From contig JBBQFP010000001.1 of NCBI GenBank assembly GCA_038322045.1, positions 38,409 to 102,408 on the forward strand: 64,000 nucleotides of DNA, given 5' to 3'. A program made the position numbers and the translations under genes. This DNA is from Actinomycetes bacterium. GTDB lineage: Bacteria > Actinomycetota > Actinomycetes > JBBQFP01. This document shows, one piece after another, positions 56,960-64,000 of the stretch (position 1 is the first letter of the stretch; each line of letters opens with the position of its first letter). Below the pieces are notes generated by a model, which saw only the letters and a list, made by a program, of their open reading frames with translations, was not told the origin of the DNA and ran no database searches.

Positions 56960-58216
56960 TCAGCCGCTGAGGTGCCAGGTCGCGCCGTCGGGGGTGTCAC
57001 GGACCTCGACGCCGACGGCGAGCAGGCGGTCACGCACGAGGTCCGACGTCGCGAAGTCCTTGTGCGAGCGGGCCTGCGCGCGCAGCTCGAGGAGCAGCTC
57101 GACGAAGGGCCCGACGACCTCGCGCGGATCTGCGACCCCGGCAGCCGCGGCCTCACCGAGCCGGACGACCATCGCCCGCAGCGCTCGGCGGGCGTAGGCG
57201 TCGTCCCCCTGCTGCATGTCGCTGGACCAGTCCTGTAACGACTGCTCGAGGTCGAGCGCTGCTGCGGCTGCGACGTCGGCGTGCCGCTCCGCGAGCCCTG
57301 CATCGAAGGCGGCGCGCGCCTCGTCGGCGACCCCTCGCAGCGACATGACGGCGTGCTCGGTGCGGCCAGCGGCGTCAGGGTCCGCGGGCGTGGGCACCGG
57401 AGCCAGGCCGCCGCGGTCGTCGTCGCCGTGACCCGCGAGTCGCTGCGAGAGCTCGTCGAGACCGAGCACCAGCCCGCTCTCGAACCAGCGCGACCGGCCC
57501 TGCGCACGCACCGTGAGGCCGCCGGACCCGACGACCTCGGCGGTGCGACCCACGAGGTCGATGACCACGGCCGTGTGCTCGTCGACCCCGAGGACGCCGG
57601 TCCCCTCGGGCAGCTCGGCCTCGAGGGTCTCGAGGCGCCGCTGCCCGAGGTAGCAGAACCTCGTGTCGTAGTGACCGCCCTCGTTGTTGTCGTAGTGCGG
57701 CACGACAGCGGCGCTCAGGCCGGCGAGGGTCTGCATGAGGTCGAGCCCCTCGAGCCAGCAGGGGTCCTCGCCGGCCTTGTAGATCTCGTACACCGGGATC
57801 GCGTGCGAGCCCGCGAGGACTGCTGCCGCGCTGCCGAGGACGAGGGTGCCGCCGCCGGACGCGACGTCGGCCAGTGCACCCGGGACCGGAGTGCCCACCC
57901 ACTGGCGCAGCGCGTAGCTCGGGCTGCCGGGGCCGGCGAACGCCCAGCGCGCGGAGTGCAGCACCGCCAGAGCCTTCTCCTGGTCGACCGTGGCGGCGTC
58001 CCGGCGCCGCCACGACGCGACGGTCACCTCGCGGCCGACGCTGTCGGAGAAGTACGCCCGCGTCTTCTCCACGAGGTCGTCGGCGTTGGCCTGGAAGCCG
58101 AAGGGCGTGTCGAGCAGGGCTGCGGTGCCTGCTCCGAGCTCGTCGAACAGGCGCCGGTGCAGGCGCACCATCGTCGGCGCGGTCTCGCCGGAGCCCATGA
58201 GCACGAGCCGGCTCAT
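56960..58216 (-). CDS. Conserved hypothetical protein; N-terminal amidotransferase/peptidase-S51-like region and C-terminal CysRS-C-terminus-like segment
   Basis: ATG 58216 forms an ATGA overlap with the upstream stop. The N-terminus reads MSRLVLMGSGETAPTMV...FAGPGSPSY. The C-terminus, HKDFATSDLVRDRLLAVGVEVRDTPDGATW, matches the KDWAxADxxRDxLxxxGIxLEDxPxGTxW tail of cysteinyl-tRNA synthetases. Confidence 0.8.
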   Translation of the reverse strand: MSRLVLMGSGETAPTMVRLHRRLFDELGAGTAALLDTPFGFQANADDLVEKTRAYFSDSVGREVTVASWRRRDAATVDQEKALAVLHSARWAFAGPGSPSYALRQWVGTPVPGALADVASGGGTLVLGSAAAVLAGSHAIPVYEIYKAGEDPCWLEGLDLMQTLAGLSAAVVPHYDNNEGGHYDTRFCYLGQRRLETLEAELPEGTGVLGVDEHTAVVIDLVGRTAEVVGSGGLTVRAQGRSRWFESGLVLGLDELSQRLAGHGDDDRGGLAPVPTPADPDAAGRTEHAVMSLRGVADEARAAFDAGLAERHADVAAAAALDLEQSLQDWSSDMQQGDDAYARRALRAMVVRLGEAAAAGVADPREVVGPFVELLLELRAQARSHKDFATSDLVRDRLLAVGVEVRDTPDGATWHLSG

Positions 58217-59082
58217 GCCGCAGCCTCTTCGGCGCGCGCGGCGAGTGCCAGGAGCTCGGCTGCGCACCTGTCAGGGTGCTGCGCGTGCAGGTCGTGGTCG
58301 GCGCCGACGTACCACGACACCTCGGCGTCGGGCAGCGCGTCGAGGGCACGCACGACAGGACCTGACGACGGCGGCTCGTCGACCGCGGCCATGACGAGCA
58401 CAGGGACGTCGGCACGGGGGTAGAGGGCGCTCGGGTCGTCCTGCCACAGCGAGTGAACAATGCTTCGGTGGTGGTCGCGCGACAGGTGCGCCCGCACCGT
58501 CCCGTCGGGAGCGACGCGGAAGTTTGCCAGGGCGCCGTCACGGCTCTCCTGCGGCCAGTCAGGGTGCCACTGCTGAGACCAGGTCGTGACCTGATCGGCC
58601 GTCACGTGGTCGAAGCGCGGTGGGGCCAGGACGTCCCAGCACTGCTCGAAGGAGGGGAACTGCTCGGCGAGGTGGATCCAGCCGCCGTCGACGAGTGCGG
58701 CACCGGCGACGCCGCCGTGCAGCGCCACGAGCGTCAGGACGACGTTGCCGCCCCAGGACTGACCGGCGACGACGGGGGCGCGCCGACCTGTCCACCCGAG
58801 CACGCTCATCAGTGCTGTCAGGTCATCGGCAGCGGTCGCGGTGTCGTACCCCGCGGTGGTCTCCTCGGAGCGCCCGTGGCCACGCTGGTCGACGGCGACG
58901 ACCTCGTGCCCCGCAGCCGCGAGCCGGCGCGCCACCGGGCCCCAGAGGCCAGCATTGCTTGCGAGCCCGTGGACGAGGAGGAACGGCCGCTTCTCGCCGC
59001 CGGCCCGCCGCAGCGCCAGCCGCGGCCCGCCCGGCAGGTCGACGACGTCGTCACGCAGGTCGGGGAGCTCCGGGGATGCCAC
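58213..59082 (-). CDS. Alpha/beta hydrolase
   Basis: 289-aa ORF with FLLVHGLASN, the GQSWGG nucleophile elbow and a C-terminal ADHDLH. Confidence 0.88.
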   Translation of the reverse strand: MASPELPDLRDDVVDLPGGPRLALRRAGGEKRPFLLVHGLASNAGLWGPVARRLAAAGHEVVAVDQRGHGRSEETTAGYDTATAADDLTALMSVLGWTGRRAPVVAGQSWGGNVVLTLVALHGGVAGAALVDGGWIHLAEQFPSFEQCWDVLAPPRFDHVTADQVTTWSQQWHPDWPQESRDGALANFRVAPDGTVRAHLSRDHHRSIVHSLWQDDPSALYPRADVPVLVMAAVDEPPSSGPVVRALDALPDAEVSWYVGADHDLHAQHPDRCAAELLALAARAEEAAA

Positions 59083-59091
59083 CGTGGAAGG

Positions 59092-60009
59092 CTAGGCGAC
59101 GGTCTCGATCCCCACCAACGCGAACGACCCGGGTGCCACGTCGGTCGTCGCCCGGCAGGTCAGCCGCCGTGGAGCAGTCGTCGAGGGCCGGACGAGGACG
59201 ACGACCGGCTGCTCGCCCCCGAGGAGCACCCGCCAGCCGCCGTCACGGCTCGAGGTCACCTCGAGCACCGGCAGATCGTCGAGTCGCACCCGGTCGAGAG
59301 CCCGCATGGCGTGGACCTGGGCGGCCTGCGCGGCCGGCGGCAGGGAGCACCGCCCTCGCAACCAGCGCGGGGAAGCCAGGCCCCGCTCGTGCGCGGCGAG
59401 CACGTCGACCGCGGAGGCCGGGTCGAGCCCCCCGTAGTACAGACCCTCCGGCAGGACGACGACGTTGGCCGCGAACCGGTCGCCGCCGACGTGCGAGCAC
59501 TCCCACACCTCGCCAGGGTGCAGCGCGGCCAGCGCGGCGACGACGGGTCGGCCGCGCGTCGCGCAGCACGTGTCGTGACGCCCGTTGGTGCACACGAGGA
59601 CGAGCGACCTGTCGTGCGGGTCGCCGGTGCGCCCATCGAGGGGCAGTGCGAGCAGCTCCTCGTCGCGGCGGAACCTGCCCGAGCGCACCGAGGTGCGGCC
59701 AGGTCGTGTGTCGACGGCGAACCAGGCGCGCTCCTGGCCCACGCCCGGTGGTGCGCTGGCGTGGCGCCCTGGTCGCCGCAGCAGCAGGAGCCGCACGCCC
59801 GCGTCGCGGCACCGGCGGGCGAGCGCGAGCCCGTGGGTCGGGTCGAGCCGGGACTCGACGACGGGGTCCCAGCCCCACGGCCCGGGCTGCTCGACAAGGA
59901 GGAGGCGCCGCACGACCATCGCGGTCCCGGCGAGCGCGTCGCCGTGCTCGCGCGCCAGCACCGAGCAGGCACCCGCGGACAGTCGGGGCAGGCTCTGCGC
60001 CCGGCTCAC
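59092..60009 (-). CDS. Sucrase/ferredoxin-like (thioredoxin-like [2Fe-2S]) family protein
   Basis: 305-aa ORF with LVCTNGRHDTCCATRGRP and WECSHVGGDRFA (cluster-ligand-type Cys/His). Its start overlaps the cupin stop (ATGA). Confidence 0.75.
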   Translation of the reverse strand: MSRAQSLPRLSAGACSVLAREHGDALAGTAMVVRRLLLVEQPGPWGWDPVVESRLDPTHGLALARRCRDAGVRLLLLRRPGRHASAPPGVGQERAWFAVDTRPGRTSVRSGRFRRDEELLALPLDGRTGDPHDRSLVLVCTNGRHDTCCATRGRPVVAALAALHPGEVWECSHVGGDRFAANVVVLPEGLYYGGLDPASAVDVLAAHERGLASPRWLRGRCSLPPAAQAAQVHAMRALDRVRLDDLPVLEVTSSRDGGWRVLLGGEQPVVVLVRPSTTAPRRLTCRATTDVAPGSFALVGIETVA

Positions 60010-61271
60010 CGACGAGTGCGGACGTCGACGTCGAGGACGAGCACTCCCTCGACGAGGAGCCGTCGACCGAGGACGACGGCGTCGTCGGCCTCGAGCCCGG
60101 CGTCGGCGAGCTCGTGCCGACCGCCGTCGAGGAGCACCGTGAGGCCCTCAGCGAGAGAGCCGGGCAGGGTGAGGGTCCGGTCGGGCAGCGTCAGGCGCAC
60201 GCTGTCGCCCGCGAGCTCCTGACGGAGCAGCAGCCCTCCGCGTCGACGCACAGCGGTCCGCACCGTGAGGCTTGGCAGCGCCGAGGCGGTCGCCAGGGGC
60301 GACAGCGGCGAGGGCCGGGTGCGCGGCAGGACGCGCGCCGCGAGCCGAGGGACCACCGAGGACGCCTCGGTGGTGGCGAGCCGGCGGACCATCGCCTCGA
60401 TCGTCTCGGCGATGAGCGGCTCCAGCGCCGCGTCGTCGCCGAGGTCGAGGCCCGCGGGCAGAGACAGGCGCAGCGCAGGGTCCTCGGCGAGGGCAGCGAC
60501 GACGAGCTCGACGACGTCCCACCGGGTCACCGGGTGGACGCCGAGCGTCAGGTGCGCTGAGACCTCCCCGAGCGCCTCGGCCGCGTGGAGGTAGCCGCGC
60601 GGCAGGTACAGGCAGTCCCCCGGCTGGAGCTCGACGTCGAGCAGCGGCGGGGTGATCGCACGGGCAGCCACCGCCTCGGCGTGACGCGCCCAGGGCTGGT
60701 CGCGCAGGGGGGCGTCGAGCACGGGCGCCCAGACCTGCCACCGCTTGCGCCCGGCCGTCTGGAGGACGAAGACGTCATGGACGTCGTAGTGCGCCGAGAA
60801 GCCGCGGGAGGACGGCGGGGTGATGTAGGCGTTGGCCTGGACGGGGTGCCCGAGGTCGGCAGTGAGCGTCGTCGCGAGGTCGATCACCGGGGGCCACAGT
60901 CGGTGCAGGCCCTGGAGGACGACGGTGGCCCCGTCGGCGAACAGGGCGAGGACCCGGTCGTCGGCGACCTGGTCGCCGATCTCCGCCCCGGCGCCGCCTC
61001 CGCGGGTCCACCGGCTCGGGTCGATGACCGTGCCGTTCTTCGCGATGCGCAGGAACGGGGTCCTCAGCCCGCGGCGGGAGAGCAGCTCGTCGACGTCGGC
61101 GAGACCGAGTAGCCGGGAGAAGTCCTCGGGCAGCTCGTGCGCCCGTGACAGGTGGGGCTGCTTCCCCCAGACGCCGGAGAAGAAGTCCTTCGGCGCAACG
61201 CTGAGGAGACGACGGAGCGCCGGGCGGTCACGGATGACCGCCCGGTGCGAGTCGTCGAGCTCTGCGGTCAG
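60006..61271 (-). CDS. JmjC/cupin-4 family 2-oxoglutarate/Fe(II) oxygenase (YcfD/RoxA-like), non-canonical start
   Basis: The facial triad is present: SAHYDVHDVFVLQTAGRKRW (HxD) and LYLPRGYLHAAEA (His). Conserved N-terminal sequence (PALRRLLSVAPKDFFSGVWGKQPHL...RGLRTPFLRIAKNG...) lies upstream of the first GTG (60887). That frame has no ATG, GTG or TTG back to the stop at 61293-61295. CTG 61271 (AGGAG-N7) is taken as the start. Confidence 0.8.
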   Translation of the reverse strand: MTAELDDSHRAVIRDRPALRRLLSVAPKDFFSGVWGKQPHLSRAHELPEDFSRLLGLADVDELLSRRGLRTPFLRIAKNGTVIDPSRWTRGGGAGAEIGDQVADDRVLALFADGATVVLQGLHRLWPPVIDLATTLTADLGHPVQANAYITPPSSRGFSAHYDVHDVFVLQTAGRKRWQVWAPVLDAPLRDQPWARHAEAVAARAITPPLLDVELQPGDCLYLPRGYLHAAEALGEVSAHLTLGVHPVTRWDVVELVVAALAEDPALRLSLPAGLDLGDDAALEPLIAETIEAMVRRLATTEASSVVPRLAARVLPRTRPSPLSPLATASALPSLTVRTAVRRRGGLLLRQELAGDSVRLTLPDRTLTLPGSLAEGLTVLLDGGRHELADAGLEADDAVVLGRRLLVEGVLVLDVDVRTRR

Positions 61272-61564
61272 ATCCCTGCTCCTGCACCGCCGTCAGCGCC
61301 GCCGTCAGCCCCGGCACCGCCGTCAGCCCCGGCACCGCCGTCGGCGCCACCGTCGTGACCGCCCGGGGTGCCCTGCGCCCCGCCGTCGGCCGGACCCTCA
61401 GCACCGCCGTCGGCGCCACCGTCAGCCCCGGCACCGCCGTCAGAACCGGCGCCGCCGTCGGCGCCACCGTCGTGACCGCCCGGGGTGCCCTGCGCCCCGC
61501 CGTCGGCCGGACCCTCCGCGCCACCGTCCGCGCTCGTGGTGATGTCGTCGTCGCTCAGGGACAT
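61268..61564 (-). CDS. Acidic Gly/Asp/Ala tandem-repeat protein (98 aa), hypothetical
   Basis: ATG 61564 is preceded by GAGGAG-N5. The unique N-terminus, MSLSDDDITTSADGG, has 100% GC3 in its first 13 codons. A 39-aa unit follows (AEGPADGGAQGTPGGHDGGADGGAG[S/A]DGGAGADGG), present in about 1.8 copies. Alternative frames in the repeat are also open, so the frame assignment rests on the N-terminus and RBS. Confidence 0.5.
   Translation of the reverse strand: MSLSDDDITTSADGGAEGPADGGAQGTPGGHDGGADGGAGSDGGAGADGGADGGAEGPADGGAQGTPGGHDGGADGGAGADGGAGADGGADGGAGAGI
61302..61516. repeat. 117-nt tandem duplication (about 1.8 copies) with nested 18-nt sub-repeats
   Basis: Positions 61337-61399 are identical to 61454-61516 (63/63 nt), and the flanks 61302-61336 match 61419-61453 with only 3 mismatches. 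The period of 117 nt equals 39 codons. Confidence 0.9.
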
Positions 61565-61843
61565 GGCGTCTCCTCGTGCTGGGGGGCCGCCCGCCGTCCG
61601 GGGGGCTGCTGCGTCCCTACCCTGGCCGATCACGGCTGAACGCGCTACCGCGAGGCGCCGACCCGAGCCTGGTCACCGCGCCCCGCGAGGAGCAGCCATG
61701 ACCTCGACGACGCCGACGACGCCCCAGCCCGCCGGCCCCCGGCCCAGCCTCGGATAAACGCGTCCGACATCGGCCTCCCCTCGGAGGCCTACCGACGGGT
61801 AACGTGGGGTTCGACGAGCAGGTACCGCGACCGGCAGGCGGCC

Positions 61844-62779
61844 ATGGCAGAGCACCCCGACGAGGCGCAGCGCGACGACGCGTCGGACGACGAGTCGCTG
61901 GAAGGTCCCGCGCTCGCCGACGTGCCCGGCTACCTGGTCAACCTGCACGGCCACGACCTGTTCTACCTCAAGGCCGGCACCGGGCCTCCGCTCGTCCTCC
62001 TCCACGGGGTCCTGTGCAGCGGCAACAGCTGGCACGAGCTCGTCGACGACCTCGCCCAGGACTTCACCGTCATCGCCCCCGACCTGTTCGGGCACGGCCA
62101 GTCCGCCAAGCACCAGGGCGACTACTCCCTCGGCGCCCACGCCGGCGCGCTGCGCGACCTCATCGACCATCTCGGCATCGGCTCCACGACACTCGTCGGG
62201 CACTCCCTCGGCGGCGGTATCGCCATGCAGTTCAGCTACCTGTTCCCCGGACGGGTCGAGCGGCTCGTCCTCGTCGACTCCGGCGGCCTGGGCCGCGAGC
62301 TGTCGTTCATGCTCAAGGCACCCGCGATCCCCGGTGCCGAGCTCGTGCTGCCGGTCCTCGCGTCCTCGTTCGTCCGCAACAACGGCAGCGCGCTCGGTCG
62401 GGGGCTTCGGCGGCTCGGCCTCGGCAGCCCCGACGTCGCCGAGGCCTGGGCTGGTTTCACGACCCTCGGCAACGCCGACGCGCGTCGGGCGTTCCTCTCG
62501 ACGATCCGCAGCGTGGTCGACCCCGGCGGTCAGACCGTCGACGGCCGCGACCGGCTCTACCTCATGGCCGACATCCCGCTGCTCATCGTCTGGGGCGGCA
62601 GGGACCGGCTCATCCCCGTCCGGCACGCGCACGAGACCCATGCCGCCATCTCGGGCAGCCGGCTCGAGGTCTTCGAGAAGGCGGGGCACTTCCCGCACCT
62701 CGCCGACCCCGCGCGCTTCGCCGCGCTCGTGCGCGACTTCGTCAGCACGCCGCGCGAGCAGCAGGCCGACGTCGGCTGA
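61844..62779 (+). CDS. Alpha/beta hydrolase
   Basis: 311-aa ORF with LVLLHGV, the GHSLGG nucleophile elbow and GHFPHL. Confidence 0.9.
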   Translation: MAEHPDEAQRDDASDDESLEGPALADVPGYLVNLHGHDLFYLKAGTGPPLVLLHGVLCSGNSWHELVDDLAQDFTVIAPDLFGHGQSAKHQGDYSLGAHAGALRDLIDHLGIGSTTLVGHSLGGGIAMQFSYLFPGRVERLVLVDSGGLGRELSFMLKAPAIPGAELVLPVLASSFVRNNGSALGRGLRRLGLGSPDVAEAWAGFTTLGNADARRAFLSTIRSVVDPGGQTVDGRDRLYLMADIPLLIVWGGRDRLIPVRHAHETHAAISGSRLEVFEKAGHFPHLADPARFAALVRDFVSTPREQQADVG

Positions 62780-62836
62780 CCCCGGGGTCGCCCGCCGGCG
62801 TGACCGGGCGCGTCGGCCGTCGGCGTGGCGTCGTCC

Positions 62837-63397
62837 TCACGTGCCGGTGGTGAGGTCGACCTCGTCGGTGGTCTGCGTCCCGGCGGTGCGGCCCGGCGCG
62901 CGCTGATGGCTCCAGTAGAGGTTCGTGTGCGCCACGACCTGCTCCGGTGAGGGCGCCCCCCAGGCCGTGAGGTCCTCGGTCGTGTGCGCGTCGCTGACCA
63001 GCGTGGCGTCGTAGCCCCGGACGAGCGCCCCGTGCAGCGTGGAGCGGATGCACGCGTCGGTCTGCGCGCCGACGACGACGAGTCGGCCGACGCCGAGCCC
63101 TGAGAGGACCTGCTCGAGCGTCGTGTCCTCGAAGGAGTCGCCGTAGCCCTTCTCGACGAGCGGCTCCCCGGGGGCCGGGTCGAGCTCGGCGACGAGCTCC
63201 CACTGCTCGCTGCCACGCGGCAGGCGGTCGTCGTGGTGCTGCACCCACACGACAGGGACGCCCTCCTCACGCGCCCGGCCGACGAGGCGCCCCACGTTGG
63301 CGACGACGTCGTCGCGCCGGAAGGCGTCCTCGACGACGCCCCGCTGGACGTCGACGACGAGCAGTGCGGTGCCAGGACGGTCGGTCAGCGTGGTCAC
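62837..63397 (-). CDS. Isochorismatase-family cysteine hydrolase
   Basis: From GTG 63397 the product reads ALLVVDVQRG...VVVGAQTDACIRST (catalytic Cys). Length is 186 aa. Confidence 0.88.
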   Translation of the reverse strand: MTTLTDRPGTALLVVDVQRGVVEDAFRRDDVVANVGRLVGRAREEGVPVVWVQHHDDRLPRGSEQWELVAELDPAPGEPLVEKGYGDSFEDTTLEQVLSGLGVGRLVVVGAQTDACIRSTLHGALVRGYDATLVSDAHTTEDLTAWGAPSPEQVVAHTNLYWSHQRAPGRTAGTQTTDEVDLTTGT

Positions 63398-63540
63398 GGG
63401 CGCTCCCTGTCGATCAGGCTGGTCGTGCGGGTTGTCGACGGAACCCTGGCACGGTCCTCCGACAATCCGCACCCACCGACCGGGACGACCGCCCGCAGGA
63501 CACCGGCGACCCGAGGGCTCTCGCCTCTGTCGCCGCCGCG

Positions 63541-64000
63541 GTGCATGCTGCTCCCGTGGCGGGTCTGCGGTGGATGGCGCGCGGCGAGCACGAGCTGCCC
63601 GCGGGCACGGCGTGGCTGACGCCTCGGGAGTACGCGCGGGCCTCGTCGATGCGCTTCACCAAGCGCCGTACGGAGTACCTGCTCCGCCGGTGGGTCGGCA
63701 AGCAGGCGGTGGCGGCCGCGGCGGGCCTCCTCGGTGACGAGGGCACCCTGGCGCGCGTCGAGGTCGCCAACCACATCGGCGGTGCGCCGTATGTCCTGCT
63801 CGACGGCGAACCGCTCGGACTCGACGTCTCGCTGACCGACCGGGCGGGGTGGGCCGTGTGCCTGCTCGGCAGCGACCTGAGCCATGTGGGGTGCGACCTC
63901 GAGGTCGTCGAGACGCGCTCGGCGGGGTTCGTCTCGGACTTCCTCACCGAGACCGAGCAGCGCTGGGTCGCCGCGCACCCCCCGGGGGACGCACGCGACT
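63541..64000 (+). CDS. 4'-phosphopantetheinyl transferase (Sfp-type), 3' end beyond window
   Basis: The frame reads ...WLTPREYARASSMRFTKRRTEYLLRRWVGKQAV...GAPYVLLDGEPLGLDVSLTDRAGWAV...GCDLEVVE. It is not in the ORF track because it has no stop in the window. The start is uncertain (GTG 63541, GTG 63556 or ATG 63574). Confidence 0.65.
   Translation, partial: MHAAPVAGLRWMARGEHELPAGTAWLTPREYARASSMRFTKRRTEYLLRRWVGKQAVAAAAGLLGDEGTLARVEVANHIGGAPYVLLDGEPLGLDVSLTDRAGWAVCLLGSDLSHVGCDLEVVETRSAGFVSDFLTETEQRWVAAHPPGDARD

Noticed and set aside
61228-61639. Alternative ORFs through the 117-nt repeat: 61228..61524 minus (PTAGRRAPRAV...) and 61355..61639 plus (TAVGATVSPG...)
   Set aside because: Their very high GC3 is an artefact of the G-at-codon-position-1 periodicity of the D/G/A frame. 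Neither has an RBS, and the minus alternative has an in-frame stop in the unique N-terminal segment. They are kept as a caveat on the repeat-ORF call.
61795-61815. tRNA-like GGGGTTCGA T-loop string (also 55919-55930)
   Set aside because: It lacks the downstream ATCC/GTCC continuation, an acceptor-stem complement and D-loop features. No cloverleaf can be drawn.

Overview
The window is high-GC (about 72-74% by eye) chromosomal DNA from an actinobacterium. Gene content resembles Micrococcales or Cellulomonas; this is inference, since no search was possible. Nearly all of it is coding. Many long antisense or off-frame ORFs in the track are typical high-GC shadow ORFs and were not called.

Gene order, left to right:
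- Proximal dcw cluster on the minus strand: murF (partial), murE, ftsI, ftsL, rsmH, and mraZ with a GTGGG-repeat promoter.
- ppk2 and a Rieske/membrane protein.
- A MoxR-DUF58-transglutaminase operon and a DUF3040 gene.
- A LexA-box-controlled operon: small protein, HEPN, DnaE2, Pol IV.
- A ybaK-like gene, parE, a small Cys/His protein, the principal sigma factor, a USP and an ABC exporter.
- metY-metX.
- An EspC-like and WXG-like gene pair.
- rocD.
- A cyclic-di-AMP (ydaO-type) riboswitch in front of an Rpf-like transglycosylase.
- A second Pol IV and an HD-HAD fusion.
- Three c-di-GMP turnover genes (two frameshifted) flanking xthA and a USP.
- An ogt remnant.
- A YjjI/YjjW-type glycyl-radical enzyme and activase pair, then an alpha/beta-hydrolase remnant.
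- A DEAD-box helicase, then VOC, SDR and LD-carboxypeptidase genes.
- DUF2277 and a membrane protein.
- A tightly coupled five-gene minus-strand operon (56960-61564).
- Two hydrolases and a partial PPTase.

No rRNA, tRNA, CRISPR array or recognisable mobile element was found.

Most interesting candidates:
1. The 56960-61564 operon. It is headed by an acidic Gly/Asp/Ala tandem-repeat ORF joined by a CTGA junction to a JmjC/cupin-4 oxygenase that has no canonical start codon. It continues with a sucrase/ferredoxin-like protein, a hydrolase and a protein with a CysRS-C-terminal-like tail.
2. The SOS-box-driven small protein/HEPN(Rx4H)/DnaE2/Pol IV cassette, which has no ImuA/ImuB in the window.
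3. The actinobacterial YjjI/YjjW pair, flanked by gene remnants.
4. An orphan EspC-like/WXG-like pair.
5. A perfect 22-bp palindrome followed by eight G-rich decamer repeats.

Four reading-frame breaks or junctions (three interrupted genes plus the 61268-61277 gene junction) each differ by one base at or next to a short G/C run. Sequence quality must be checked before any pseudogene or fusion claim is trusted.
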